This document shows, piece by piece, positions 31,328 to 41,838 of a stretch of 64,000 nucleotides of DNA. The DNA is from Coleofasciculus sp. B1-GNL1-01 (GTDB lineage: Bacteria; Cyanobacteriota; Cyanobacteriia; Cyanobacteriales; Coleofasciculaceae). The notes under the pieces are model-generated. The model ran no database searches. It had not been told where the DNA came from and worked only from the letters and a program-made list of their open reading frames with translations. The stretch lies in NCBI GenBank assembly GCA_040220235.1, contig JAVJTO010000006.1; one strand, given 5' to 3'. The first letter of the stretch is position 1. Every line of letters begins with the position of its first letter. The position numbers and the translations under genes are program-made.

Positions 31328-31403
31328 TTACAAGCCCCATCCCCTTGTGGGTGGGGCTTTTGACGGATGTAGAGACGTTGCATGCAACGTCTCTAAGAGA
31401 ATA

Positions 31404-31511
31404 TCACGCCAATCCCTGAGAGACAAAACCAGCCCAATAATAGGGATGAGAAAAAGGCTGTTTCTCCTGCGCCAACGACTGCAAACGCTGCTGTTGTACC
31501 TGAATCTTATC
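31404..31511 (-). pseudogene. C-terminal remnant of a CHAT-domain protein
   Basis: Frame reads DKIQVQQQRLQSLAQEKQPFSHPYYWAGFVSQGLA*; HPYYWAGF is the typical CHAT C-terminal motif. Confidence 0.7.
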
Positions 31512-31564
31512 CCACCCCTAATAATCAAGGCAGCCATTTCACCCACAAGGACCGACCTGAATCC

Positions 31565-31798
31565 TTACGGCACAACTAAGGCAAAATCCTTAACATCGCC
31601 TTGATAGTCATTCGCCATCGTCAAAATTGTGCGATCGCCATCCCGTGCGATAATCACTTGAGAGGCTTGGTTGTAAAGCTTTGTATCTGCTTTTGCCACA
31701 TAAAATCCACAAAAGGCTAAGGCTTTTGGGGCAAATATCATGATAGCAAAAACTGCCAAAACTAACGCGATTAATACCTGTAATAGCTTTTTCATCAT
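31565..31798 (-). pseudogene. Truncated DUF2330 family protein
   Basis: Signal peptide plus AFCGFYVAKAD..LYNQASQV..TMANDYQG..FALVVP, stopping at 77 aa; family members are several hundred aa. Confidence 0.75.
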
Positions 31799-31969
31799 TA
31801 ACTCACATTTTCAGTTTGGTATTCTTAATTTGTCATTCGCCAGAAATTATATAGCATTTCCAAATGAAAGGTGAAAATGTTACCCTTTCCAAACCCTCCC
31901 CTTGCTAAGGGGAGGGCAGGGGTGGGGTTTACAATATTAAATGACTTGCTGAATGTTTACATTTACCAA

Positions 31970-32947
31970 TCAACCATCACCGGAAAACCTCCAAACAAAT
32001 CTTGGTGATGACCAAATCCAATCTAAAAGCAGTGTTAGGGGAGAAAGGGCAAATAACGCCCAGAAAACCGCTGTAGACATAAAGAAATGATTTCGCAGAA
32101 TAAAGGTTAAAATCGCAATACTGACAGCCCAAAGTAAACGACTCACCCTAGCATTGGGAATCGAGCGAGGATCAGTTAACATAAACAGGGCAAACAACAA
32201 AAACGAGCCACTCATCAATCGATGCGCCCAGACATCCCAAGTCCAGCCCAACCAAAGATTGCGAACAGCTTCGAGTAACGCATAAGCACCGAAAAAAGCC
32301 GCCGTTGTATCCCAACGCCCCACCCGTTTTAAAATCATGCCCCCAGTTCCGGCAAATAATAGAACATACCAACCCCCCTCTCCCCACTGTCCTGGAGAAA
32401 CCCAGGCATCCTTTGTCAGGATTAAAACTGAAATTATGCCAAAATTAGCCGGATTAAAAAAATGTTTACCTTGGAATCGAAACAGAAATTTACTTAAAAT
32501 CGCCAGTACCCCCGCCAAGATCATCGTGCTGTACTGATCGACTCGCAGCAGTAAACTTAACCCCAATGCCGTAATCATGGCACTTTTGAGGGATATTAGG
32601 GATTGAGGATTGGGGATTAGTAAACATTCCTGCTTGTCTCCCCAGACGCGCCATGTAGAGAGGTAGCATGCTACCTCTCTACTGATATACTGGGTCAGCA
32701 AACAAGTCGCGATCGCAACACCAATAAACTGAGGCTGTAATGTCCAATCTCTCGTGCCAATACCCAATACCAGAAAGAGTGAGAGAAACAGAATCTGATA
32801 GTCTCTGGGATCGTGTTGCTGCATTTGAGTAGAAAAATAGGGAAAGGGAAAGGAATTCAGATGCCAGCCCGGTTCTGAACCTCCAATCCCTAGGAAAGCG
32901 ATCGTGTACTGAGTTGTGCCTGTAATCCTTTTGCCAGTATGCCCCAC
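31970..32947 (-). CDS. RnfD/NqrB-family membrane protein
   Basis: HFFNPANFG, WVSPGQWG, LFMLTDP motifs; likely start near MQQHDPRDYQ (ATG 32824); upstream of the DUF2330 remnant. Confidence 0.8.
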   Translation of the reverse strand: MGHTGKRITGTTQYTIAFLGIGGSEPGWHLNSFPFPYFSTQMQQHDPRDYQILFLSLFLVLGIGTRDWTLQPQFIGVAIATCLLTQYISREVACYLSTWRVWGDKQECLLIPNPQSLISLKSAMITALGLSLLLRVDQYSTMILAGVLAILSKFLFRFQGKHFFNPANFGIISVLILTKDAWVSPGQWGEGGWYVLLFAGTGGMILKRVGRWDTTAAFFGAYALLEAVRNLWLGWTWDVWAHRLMSGSFLLFALFMLTDPRSIPNARVSRLLWAVSIAILTFILRNHFFMSTAVFWALFALSPLTLLLDWIWSSPRFVWRFSGDG

Positions 32948-32996
32948 CCCTATCTTTACCCCTGAGTTGTTACAGTTTTTGTAACTGTACTTAAAC

Positions 32997-33953
32997 TCAA
33001 CTCACAGACTCAGCCAAAATCCTGCGAATTTGAGTATCCACAATATCCGGTTGTTCCACCATTGCCAGATGACCACAATTAGGAATTTCAATCACATTAG
33101 CACCGCCATTTTGAAAAAGCTTATGGAAGCTAGCCAGATGGCGTACATATTTAGGAGCCATGACTCTATCATTCGCACCTGCCAAAAAATACACAGGCTG
33201 CTGAAGCTGTGAGACCATTTGAGGCAAACGGTGAACCTCAGCCTCAGTTGTCGAATCGAGGAGACTCCTCAGTGCTGCTTCTGGGTGAGCCACAACAAAA
33301 TCAATCACCCGTTGTCGTCCCCAACGCCGTGCCAGGGGACGCGCCACCTGCGCCCGTGTAAACAGTACATCAATCAAGGGCAGATAACATAACCACTGAG
33401 GGCGGCGTTTGACTAACTGTTTCCCTACATTCCGAAATCGTTCAAACTCTTCTTTTAAATAAATGCCACCCCCCGCATTCAGACAAATCACCCCCTTGAC
33501 TCGTTCTGAAGCCACTGATGCGCCCCACAAGGCAATACTGCCACCTAGAGAGTGACCAATCAGCCAAGCGTTATCGATATCCAGCTTTTCGAGTAGAATA
33601 CCCAAGTCCCTAGCATAAGCCGCAAGGCTGTAGTTACTGGTTGATAAACGAGTGGCATCAACGTCTGTCGATGTTAATGCCGCATTATCCTCCGCACCCG
33701 CCCCGCCTGAGGGGGTAGCCCGCGAAGCCGATTCGGTTGGTGGTGGTTTATCTGTTGGGGATTGAGAATCACCAAATCCCCGCAAATCATAAACTAAACA
33801 TTGATAATCATCATCTAATCGATCAATCAGTGGTTGCCAATAGTTACGACTTAAAAGCCAGCCATGGATAAAGACCAAAACTGGGGATGAGGATGCCTTG
33901 GGAGGCGTTAATTCGTAGGCGTGAGTAGCCCCTAGAATCTCAATCGTTGCCAT
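32997..33953 (-). CDS. Alpha/beta hydrolase
   Basis: FIHGW, DLRGFG, GHSLGG nucleophile elbow, GH near the C-terminus. Confidence 0.92.
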   Translation of the reverse strand: MATIEILGATHAYELTPPKASSSPVLVFIHGWLLSRNYWQPLIDRLDDDYQCLVYDLRGFGDSQSPTDKPPPTESASRATPSGGAGAEDNAALTSTDVDATRLSTSNYSLAAYARDLGILLEKLDIDNAWLIGHSLGGSIALWGASVASERVKGVICLNAGGGIYLKEEFERFRNVGKQLVKRRPQWLCYLPLIDVLFTRAQVARPLARRWGRQRVIDFVVAHPEAALRSLLDSTTEAEVHRLPQMVSQLQQPVYFLAGANDRVMAPKYVRHLASFHKLFQNGGANVIEIPNCGHLAMVEQPDIVDTQIRRILAESVS

Positions 33954-34183
33954 ATATCCATCCTATCCGAGAATTGGGGCAGGTGGTCAAGAGGGTGATG
34001 GGGTGATGGGGTGATGGGGTGATGAGGGAGGGTTTGAATGTCAATAGCGAAATGAAAGTTCCATTACCATTCGTGTAAACTTAAGCCAAAACCCTTGCCA
34101 ATTCTGGTTTACAGCTATTCAATGGAAGCATAGCCTCAACCGAGGCATTTCCTGATCGAACTTGGCATTTGAAAGTATCTTTA

Positions 34184-34237
34184 CTTCCCCTGCTTCCCCT
34201 GCTTCCCCTGCTTCCCCTGCTTCCCCTGCTTCCCCCG
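34184..34237. repeat. Six 9-bp units CTTCCCCTG (same family as 16653-16895)
   Basis: Direct reading. Confidence 0.9.
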
Positions 34238-34273
34238 CTCCTACAAACCAGGTTCCCTGAACGAAGTGAAGGG

Positions 34274-34999
34274 TCAAAACCGACGCCCTAATAATCTTTG
34301 TCGAACACTTTCGGCAATTTTCTGACCTAAATATTCGGGAATCAAGTTTTCATTGGGACCGAGCAAGTAGAGAATTAGGCGGGTACGCCCACGCCAGACG
34401 AGTAAGTTAGCGTTGACGACGAGTAAGTCTTCTTGCCAAACGGCGTACATTACCTTATAAAATAATCCCGGCTGGTTATCAGCTTCAATTAATAAGGCAG
34501 GTAGATGAAATACTGGATCGACATAGAACTCCGTTTCGACTTGTTCTAAGCCAGCATCCAGATTAAATTCCACCGCCAGCATTTCTTCAACTTCAAAACG
34601 TCCCGCCAACGCCTCCCGAATGGCACGGCAGACATTATCGGCTGTTTTGGGGGTCAGGGCTTTGCTACCACGGGATACCACGAGCTTGATGAACACCAAC
34701 ATGGGGGGACTGATTTGACCATGAAGACTCAGGCTGTGAATCGTCAGTCCATAAGCCGCTAAAACCCCAAAAATATCACTGAGGAGAAACGACTGGTTTC
34801 GGTAGGCAAAATGTAGGGCGCTTTTCGAGCCTTCGGGTTTGATCTCAATAACGACACGCCGAGTTTTGTAGAGTTTATAAGCCAGTCTCAGGTTTTGCAA
34901 TTGGATCTCACTACTGACAAACTGCTCATAAAATTCTGGAAACGCCCGGTTGAAGCGCTTCAGCAGTTCTAGTGTTGATGATTTCAGACCCGCAGCCAT
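34274..34999 (-). CDS. Conserved ACT-domain-like protein (tandem GlnD-type ACT)
   Basis: YRNQSFLLSDIFGVLAAYGLTI and ADNQPGLFYKV ACT-like motifs. Confidence 0.7.
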   Translation of the reverse strand: MAAGLKSSTLELLKRFNRAFPEFYEQFVSSEIQLQNLRLAYKLYKTRRVVIEIKPEGSKSALHFAYRNQSFLLSDIFGVLAAYGLTIHSLSLHGQISPPMLVFIKLVVSRGSKALTPKTADNVCRAIREALAGRFEVEEMLAVEFNLDAGLEQVETEFYVDPVFHLPALLIEADNQPGLFYKVMYAVWQEDLLVVNANLLVWRGRTRLILYLLGPNENLIPEYLGQKIAESVRQRLLGRRF

Positions 35000-35564
35000 A
35001 AGTAGGGGGAGAAGGCGTTCGCTTTGGTTAAAAGCTTTTAGGATAGACCAGCAAGCTCAGCCTCAAGGCAAAAACCTGCCGTATCTGGTTAATCTCTCAC
35101 AAATTCGGCACAATAGCCTCAGTCTAGCTAAAGAAGGTCTTGCCCTGAGTCATGATTTGCCACTGACCGCCAAACTTTAAGTGTAGGCGATTAGCGTAGG
35201 GATAGGGTCAAATTGGGTGTTTAAGAGGTTGTTGCTTGCTTGGCTGCAAGAACAAGCTTTGGTCTTAATGGTTATAGGAGCGTATTGCGCCAATTGTGAT
35301 ACGATAAGCATGTCAGGTGAAAGTTGTCCTACCGGGGGTCACTCCGAAAGTTATGCATGATAAGAGACGACTCCACACACTGACTTGATGGAGTGCAGTG
35401 TGGGGCTTCTGAAAGCCTTTGTCATTAGCCTGAGTGCTACTGTTCAAAACGTCAAAGTTTTGAATAATCGTCACGCTAACCCGTTAGATACGTCTAGCCG
35501 TAAGTAGCTTGGGCTAGGTCTTGTGTAACGGATAACCAGTATAAAATGCTATAGCCACATCGGC

Positions 35565-36101
35565 ATGGGTTTTTGGAAGAGCTTTTTTGGCAGTGCTGAC
35601 ACTGCTTCGACATCGACAAAATTTGAAGGGGATACCGTTTCAAATTTCAGCGAATCTCCGGCGTCTGGCGATCGCGCTGATAATGGGCGTATCCTGTTTA
35701 GTACGGATCGAGAATTCGATCTGTATGAATTAGAGGAGCTTTGCGACGCCGTGGGTTGGTCACGACGACCGATGCGGAAAGTTCGTAAAGCGATTCAATA
35801 TAGTTTCCTCGTCGTGTCCATGTGGCAACAGCGAGGGAACACGAGGCGTCTGATTGGTTTTGCCCGGGCTACGTCTGACCATGCTTTTAATGCCACAATT
35901 TGGGATGTGGTGGTTCACCCCCAATTCCAAGGCAAGGGGCTGGGTAAGGCGTTGATGAAGTACACTATTAAGAAACTTCGCAGTGAAGATATCAGCAATA
36001 TCACTCTCTTTGCCGATCCCCAAGTGGTCAATTTTTATCGGCAAATGGGATTTATGGCTGATCCCGAAGGGATTAAAGGCATGTTCTGGTATCCTGACTA
36101 A
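35565..36101 (+). CDS. ycf52: GNAT acetyltransferase, Ycf52 family
   Basis: [46 protein letters not shown]. Confidence 0.9.
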   Translation: MGFWKSFFGSADTASTSTKFEGDTVSNFSESPASGDRADNGRILFSTDREFDLYELEELCDAVGWSRRPMRKVRKAIQYSFLVVSMWQQRGNTRRLIGFARATSDHAFNATIWDVVVHPQFQGKGLGKALMKYTIKKLRSEDISNITLFADPQVVNFYRQMGFMADPEGIKGMFWYPD

Positions 36102-36160
36102 TTTTTGTGCGATTGAGACTGGGCAAATTGGACGCTAAGGTATATTATCAAGATATGCAT

Positions 36161-36234
36161 CGGGATGTAGCGCAGCTTGGTAGCGCGCCTGCTTTGGGAG
36201 CAGGATGTCGCAGGTTCAAATCCTGTCATCCCGA
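36161..36234 (+). tRNA. trnP: tRNA-Pro(TGG)
   Basis: CGGGATG/CATCCCG acceptor; CCTGC-TTTGGGA-GCAGG anticodon arm; GTTCAAAT T-loop. Confidence 0.97.
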
Positions 36235-36719
36235 TTTTTTAGTACAAATTCGATTAAAAATTAAAATAGTACAAATTAAAACACAGGGACTGGCGTGGAA
36301 GTCTATAGACTTGTGTTGTGTGAAGCAACGCCCCCTGTCCTCAGTTGATGCTTGTAATGGTATCTATATCCTTTGGGGAAGAGGATTTTAAATCCGCCAT
36401 TTTTAGTTGATCTAATACGATAACATTAACTCAAATATTCAACAAGTGGAACTCTAGGGAATTGAACCCAGTCAGTTTTCTTAACTCAGACACGACTAGG
36501 AACGTTCAGGTTTACCTGACTCAACTCTCGTCACTCGTGACAGCTAAACGTCAATCCTAACTATCGATAGTGCCAGGAAAACAGCCTAGCTCAAGATGGA
36601 TAGACTCTATCTGACGATTTCAAGCGATTTCTTCAATTCACGAGAGAGATGTCATCATCAAGTGAGAGCGGTATCCTAGTTTTAATGAGATAGTACGCGA
36701 GAATTCAAGAGGCAATTGT

Positions 36720-37454
36720 ATGAAATCATTAGTTCGCTGGAGTGCAACATTAGGTTTAGTGGGGACTACTCTCCTTGGCTCCTTTTTTGGTGGAAATCTG
36801 CGGGCGCTGGCTTTAACCGAACAGCAGGTGATGGAAAAGTTACAAACTGTACCTGTATTTACGGTTACTGATGGAGAAGGCTCACCCTTAGTCGCCTCTA
36901 TTCCTAATCAGAACAATCAGAATGAAGCAGTTGCAGGCGTCTTTATTAGCCAGAGGGATGCAGAAGCCTTTGTGGAACGATTGAAACGGGAAAAGCCTGA
37001 GTTGGGTAACCAAGTCCGGGTCGTGCCTGTATCGTTAGCAGAAGTCTACCAACTTGATCAACAGAGCCAAAACCAACCGAATGGTCTAGATTTTGCCTAT
37101 ATTCCAGTGCAGCAGCAAGTGCAGTCCGCTCAGCAACTTTTGCCTCAAGGACAAGAATTTCGGGGTGTCCCTCTGTTTGTGGCAAAAGGAGGTCAACAAG
37201 GAGGGTATTTAACGATTCAACAAGAGGGTCAGCAAGTCATTCCCTTTTTCTTTGACAAAGAGCAGTTACAGAATTTGGTCAACCGCTTTAAGGAACAACA
37301 GCCTAACCTGGCTTCGAGTGTTCAGATCCAGGTTGTGCCGCTAGAGGGTATTATTAATACATTGCAGACTCAGGATAACCCTCAACTTGAGCAAATTCTA
37401 CTCATTCCTTCGCAAGAATCTTTGCAATTTTTGCGTCAATCCTCTTCTCAATAG
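36720..37454 (+). CDS. tic22: Tic22 family periplasmic chaperone
   Basis: MKSLVRWSATLGL signal; KLQTVPVFTVTD; GVPLF; IPFFFDKEQL. Confidence 0.9.
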   Translation: MKSLVRWSATLGLVGTTLLGSFFGGNLRALALTEQQVMEKLQTVPVFTVTDGEGSPLVASIPNQNNQNEAVAGVFISQRDAEAFVERLKREKPELGNQVRVVPVSLAEVYQLDQQSQNQPNGLDFAYIPVQQQVQSAQQLLPQGQEFRGVPLFVAKGGQQGGYLTIQQEGQQVIPFFFDKEQLQNLVNRFKEQQPNLASSVQIQVVPLEGIINTLQTQDNPQLEQILLIPSQESLQFLRQSSSQ

Positions 37455-37491
37455 ATCTAAATTAGGCTAAAGGGAATCAGGTTAATTACTC

Positions 37492-38421
37492 ATGGCTACA
37501 ACGCCAGAGCCATCCTCTAAGACAGTGGCAGTATCGGGTCAAAACCTCTGGCTATGGCGAGAAGACGCCCGTCGGTCGGCTGTAGAGGCTGATATCCCTG
37601 TCGCTGAAGTCGATTGGTTGCTTCAAGAGGTCGCAGGACTTGACCCTCTATCGCTGCGCCTAGAGTCGTTTAAGGCGCGATCGCACATCGAATTACGTTA
37701 TCCGCTGCCAGTGCTGACTCAACTCTGGCAGCGGCGTCTTTGCGATCGCTTGCCTGTACAGTATTTAGTGGGGATCACTCCTTGGCGACGTTTTTCGCTG
37801 AAGGTGTCGCCTGTGGTTCTGATTCCTCGACCGGAAACGGAGTATTTAATCGATTTGGCAGTTAGGGCGGCGGGACAAAGTGCAACACCCCAACTTGATG
37901 CTGGACAGTGGGCAGATTTAGGGACAGGGAGTGGTGCGATCGCCTTAGGATTAGCGGAGGCGTTTCCTCATGCGGCAATTCACGCTGTTGATTACAGTCA
38001 TGATGCTCTCGCTATTGCCCAACTGAATGCTCAACAGCTAGGATTTGAGTCAAGAATTCAATTTTATCAAGGGTCGTGGTTGTCCCCCTTGGCATCACTC
38101 AAAGGGCAATTGAGTGGTCTAGTATCCAATCCTCCCTATATTCCCAGAGATGAGCTACAACAATTACAGCCAGAAGTCCGGGATCACGAACCGCTTATGG
38201 CACTGGACGGGGGAATTGATGGTCTAGACTGCATTCGCCACCTGATTAGGACGGCTCCCGATTACCTGCGTCCTGGGGGCGTTTGGATAATAGAAATGAT
38301 GGCAGGACAAGCTGATACAGTGGCTCAGTTGTTGCATCAACAGGGACGTTATTATCAGATTCAGATTATCCCCGATTTAGCCGGAATTGACCGTTTTGCT
38401 TTGGCTTATCGACAGAACTAA
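37492..38421 (+). CDS. prmC: Release factor glutamine methyltransferase
   Basis: PVQYL, VLIPRPETE, DLGTGSGAIA, SNPPY, ALDGG. Confidence 0.96.
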   Translation: MATTPEPSSKTVAVSGQNLWLWREDARRSAVEADIPVAEVDWLLQEVAGLDPLSLRLESFKARSHIELRYPLPVLTQLWQRRLCDRLPVQYLVGITPWRRFSLKVSPVVLIPRPETEYLIDLAVRAAGQSATPQLDAGQWADLGTGSGAIALGLAEAFPHAAIHAVDYSHDALAIAQLNAQQLGFESRIQFYQGSWLSPLASLKGQLSGLVSNPPYIPRDELQQLQPEVRDHEPLMALDGGIDGLDCIRHLIRTAPDYLRPGGVWIIEMMAGQADTVAQLLHQQGRYYQIQIIPDLAGIDRFALAYRQN

Positions 38422-38679
38422 TTAGGGGCTGCTGAATAAGTGTTGTGGTGAGGGGGAGCTAATTAATTAAGTTCAGACGAATGATATCAGATCCCGTAAA
38501 ATACCCAGACGAGAAAATGCCTAAAACGATGGATTTGAAAACATTGCAATTAAGAAAAATCGTCAGAACATGATATGACGAATGACGAATGACGAATGGC
38601 AAATTTTGACTTTTGCCTTAACTTCCAGCAAAATATTAAGTATTTCCCCGAAACTCTTGGAGTATTATATAACCTCAAT

Positions 38680-39297
38680 ATGACTCATGTCTTCATGTCT
38701 GCCCTAGTGGCTGGCGCTAATTCTGGTCAGGTCGTAAGCTTTCCCACCGACACGATACCCGCTCTCGCTGTACGACCGGATTATGCAGAATTGATATTTA
38801 CGCTGAAGCAGCGAAGCAATAACAAACCCTTAATTTTAATGGGTTCATTCCCATCATCACTTTGGTCTTATGTCAAGGGGACAGACGCCGAATTAGAGAT
38901 TTGGCAGCAAGTGGCAAAGCACTATTGGCCCGGAGCGTTAACCTTAGTGTTACCCGCTTCGGATAAAGTTCCGGCGGCGATGAACCCCACAGATCCGACC
39001 ACAATTGGCTTGCGGGTTCCCGACTCTAGAGTCGCGATCGCAATTTTGTCCCAGACGGGTCCTTTAGCTACGACGAGCGCCAACGTCTCTGGGAAACCTC
39101 CCTTACATACAATGCCAGAAATTGAGGCAGAGTTTCCAGAGGTGCTGACGCTTCATCCCACCGAATCCAAAGAATTAGAGGAGCGTCACCCCTATACCCA
39201 AGGCGCACCCTCTACGGTGGTGAAATGGACAGGAGACGGATGGCAAATTTTGCGCCAAGGCGCTGTCTCATTCGACTGTTCCCTGTCTAAGGGGTGA
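38680..39297 (+). CDS. tsaC: L-threonylcarbamoyladenylate synthase (Sua5/YrdC)
   Basis: FPTDT, KQR..KPL, WPGALT, GLRVP, TTSANVSG, STVV, LRQG; start taken at ATG 38680. Confidence 0.93.
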   Translation: MTHVFMSALVAGANSGQVVSFPTDTIPALAVRPDYAELIFTLKQRSNNKPLILMGSFPSSLWSYVKGTDAELEIWQQVAKHYWPGALTLVLPASDKVPAAMNPTDPTTIGLRVPDSRVAIAILSQTGPLATTSANVSGKPPLHTMPEIEAEFPEVLTLHPTESKELEERHPYTQGAPSTVVKWTGDGWQILRQGAVSFDCSLSKG

Positions 39298-39440
39298 TGA
39301 CTCTTGGGAAAAGGGGCTATGCTTGAGCTGAAAGCGGGTATGGCAAAACTAAAAATAGAATTCATTAGTCTACTACCCCAGCCAAATAAAAGATTGTGGA
39401 TGGGGAGTCCCGCGAATTACGTTGAAAAGTTTGAAAAAAT

Positions 39441-40433
39441 ATGGGCAACATGGAGCTGATCTATCTGGTAGTCGGTATTGTCATGGGACTTGTTGTCAGC
39501 CGCGCTACTCGTTCCAGCAAACAGCCAGAAGGTTCAACGATACCAGAACCGCAACTGTCAAAACCCGAGGAATCCCAGCCAGCTAAGGCGGAACCCGTGA
39601 AAGAGGATGAACTACAGCCTCTGAAGCAGGAACTCGAGCAAACCCGACTGGCTTACCAAATGGCGCATGAAATGAGCCAGTATAAAGCTGGCTTCTTGGC
39701 GCGGACATCCCACGAACTGCGATCGCCCCTGAGTAGTTTGATGGGGATGCATCAGCTCATTTTGTCCGATTTGTGTGACTCACCGGAAGAAGCTAAGGAA
39801 TTCGTGGCTCAAGCCCATACCTCGGCGCAGAAGATGGTAAAACTTTTAGATGAGGTGATTGCCGTCGCCAAAACGGAACACGGTACTAATCGTCTAGAGA
39901 CTCGCCCCCTGCAATTGAGCCAATGCTTTGAAGAACTCGAAGTCCTCACCCACATGCAAGCCGGGAATCGTAATCTGCGGCTGAAAGTGATTTCCCCTGA
40001 CCCAGAAATAGAAGTCTTAGCTGATCCCCGGCGTTTTCGTCAGGTATTAGTGGGAATGGTGGACAGCGCTATTGTACAAATGGAAGAAGGCACTATTCAG
40101 GTTTCTACAGCCAATTCTGACAACCCCCAGATGGTGAATATTTGGATTGATGTAGAATGTCCCAACTCGATTTGGAGTGAAGCCGTTGATTTACTCTCCG
40201 ACACTAATGACTCAGAGGAACAGGAAACAATCTCATCAACAACCTCACCCGGTATGAATTGGTTGATGGTGCAAACCTTGGTGGAGATGATGAAAGGACG
40301 CTTGGAACTATTACCTATTCCTGGGAAAGAACCAAGCGACGATTCAGTTACAGACACTTGTATCCGGTTACAATGTACTATGCCTCTAGCAACTCCGGAG
40401 ATGGTCGAACAGGTGTTGGCAGAGCAGTCATGA
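39441..40433 (+). CDS. Membrane-anchored histidine kinase-like protein (HisKA plus degenerate HATPase)
   Basis: N-terminal TM; FLARTSHELRSPL; ADPRRFRQVL. Confidence 0.8.
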   Translation: MGNMELIYLVVGIVMGLVVSRATRSSKQPEGSTIPEPQLSKPEESQPAKAEPVKEDELQPLKQELEQTRLAYQMAHEMSQYKAGFLARTSHELRSPLSSLMGMHQLILSDLCDSPEEAKEFVAQAHTSAQKMVKLLDEVIAVAKTEHGTNRLETRPLQLSQCFEELEVLTHMQAGNRNLRLKVISPDPEIEVLADPRRFRQVLVGMVDSAIVQMEEGTIQVSTANSDNPQMVNIWIDVECPNSIWSEAVDLLSDTNDSEEQETISSTTSPGMNWLMVQTLVEMMKGRLELLPIPGKEPSDDSVTDTCIRLQCTMPLATPEMVEQVLAEQS

Positions 40434-40848
40434 TCGGTTGATTGTATAGCACCATTGTGGTTGTGGTGTTACATTCAAACCCAATGCGTTCGTAGAAGCG
40501 TTGTTGATGAGTGGTCATTAAATAAACTCGCTCAACCCGACACAGTTTGGGGTGACTAAGGACGGTTTCGACGAGCTTGCGTCCCAAGCCAACGCCGCGA
40601 TAGTCAGGATGAATGACAACATCCCAAATCGTGGCGCGGTAAATCCCATCAGAGGTGGCGCGAGCAAATCCAATCAGGCGTTGGTCATCCCATACGGTAA
40701 TTACAGGTTCACTATTGGCGATCGCGATTTTCCAGTCTTCAATGCTGCGATCCTTTGCCCAGAAAGCACTGAGGCGAAACAGAGCCTGGAGTTGGACATA
40801 ATCGATTTGAGCGGCACGATCGCAAAATTGAATAGTACGGCAATCCAT
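40378..40848 (-). CDS. GNAT acetyltransferase
   Basis: [35 protein letters not shown]. Confidence 0.92.
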   Translation of the reverse strand: MDCRTIQFCDRAAQIDYVQLQALFRLSAFWAKDRSIEDWKIAIANSEPVITVWDDQRLIGFARATSDGIYRATIWDVVIHPDYRGVGLGRKLVETVLSHPKLCRVERVYLMTTHQQRFYERIGFECNTTTTMVLYNQPIMTALPTPVRPSPELLEA

Positions 40849-41838
40849 TTTTCCCTAAACTCCTTGGGTTTTGGTGATCAAAGGTTATTGCACTATGATG
40901 CAACTATCTCAATATTTTCCGTTGAAGATATACCCCAATCTAACGTTGGTTAACGTGGGGAAAAATCTTCCGAATTTCGTTAGTTTGAAGACGACTCACC
41001 TGAGCATTAATCGATTTCAGGACTAGGGTTAATTGTCTCTCAACTCAGGTGGGATGATCGATTCTCTGTCTTAGTGTGAGTTGACTATTTTCTTGCTGTC
41101 ACCAAAAATTGTAGCGCTTCTAACAATAAATGCAAGAGAGAGAAGCGTTTTTTTGTTAGGAAATTATAACATTTTACTAGCTCTATCATAATTGTCCTTG
41201 GGTGTCAAATTATCGACGAATTGTTGTCAACTTTTAGGGTAAGGAGAGCGTTCCCGAAGGTAGCGTAACGCCCAATCAATAAAGCCTGGATAGATAAAAA
41301 CCATACAAAGTAGCGAGCGAGACGCTAGCACTACTGTTTCCCGTTCCCTATTGCCTATTCCCTGGCGCGTAGCGCTATAACTTTAATGAAAGTCCGACTA
41401 CTTAGCTAAGGTGGTTTATTCGTTACACGCTAAAAAAAATGGCATGAATCGCTTCGACAGCCTAAAATTATTTTGTCATACAAGTATCAAGCTAAGTCCC
41501 GGATTTGCGTAATACACTTTGAGTTATTTTTCCCAGAAAACACCTCTATATCAACACTTAAACTAGCTTTGCTGTCAATCCGGATCTGTATTACGTTTAC
41601 CCGAAGAATGAAATGATGCGGTTAAGGAACTAGATAAGATTTGCTTCTGTTTAAGCAAGCGACCTGGTTCTTCGCAATTAGCAATCAGCAATGAACAGGC
41701 GGTATCCATTTTTCCTCTCAACTGGGGAAAAGAGGTTAGGAAATGCCGTCAAATTTGGTCAGCTTAATTGACCAACGGTTTGAGCTGAATGAATGGTTAT
41801 TGGGGTGCAAGGTAAACAGTTGAGGATCAGGTTTATCG

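Larger units (their letters stand above)
30582..31364. mobile_element. Internally deleted IS605-type element (tnpA and tnpB remnants, both ends intact)
   Basis: Matching subterminal hairpins CCGCATCCC-CTTGT-GGGTGCGG and CCCCATCCC-CTTGT-GGGTGGGG; TTAT before the left end, TGAC at the right end. Confidence 0.85.

Noticed and set aside
36107..36391. 94-aa ORF spanning tRNA-Pro, and the 79-aa ORF 20751-20990 spanning tRNA-Leu
   Set aside because: They read through tRNA genes and have no protein-like features.
41110..41125. NtcA-like site GTA-N8-AAC
   Set aside because: Imperfect, far from both neighbouring starts, and expected by chance.
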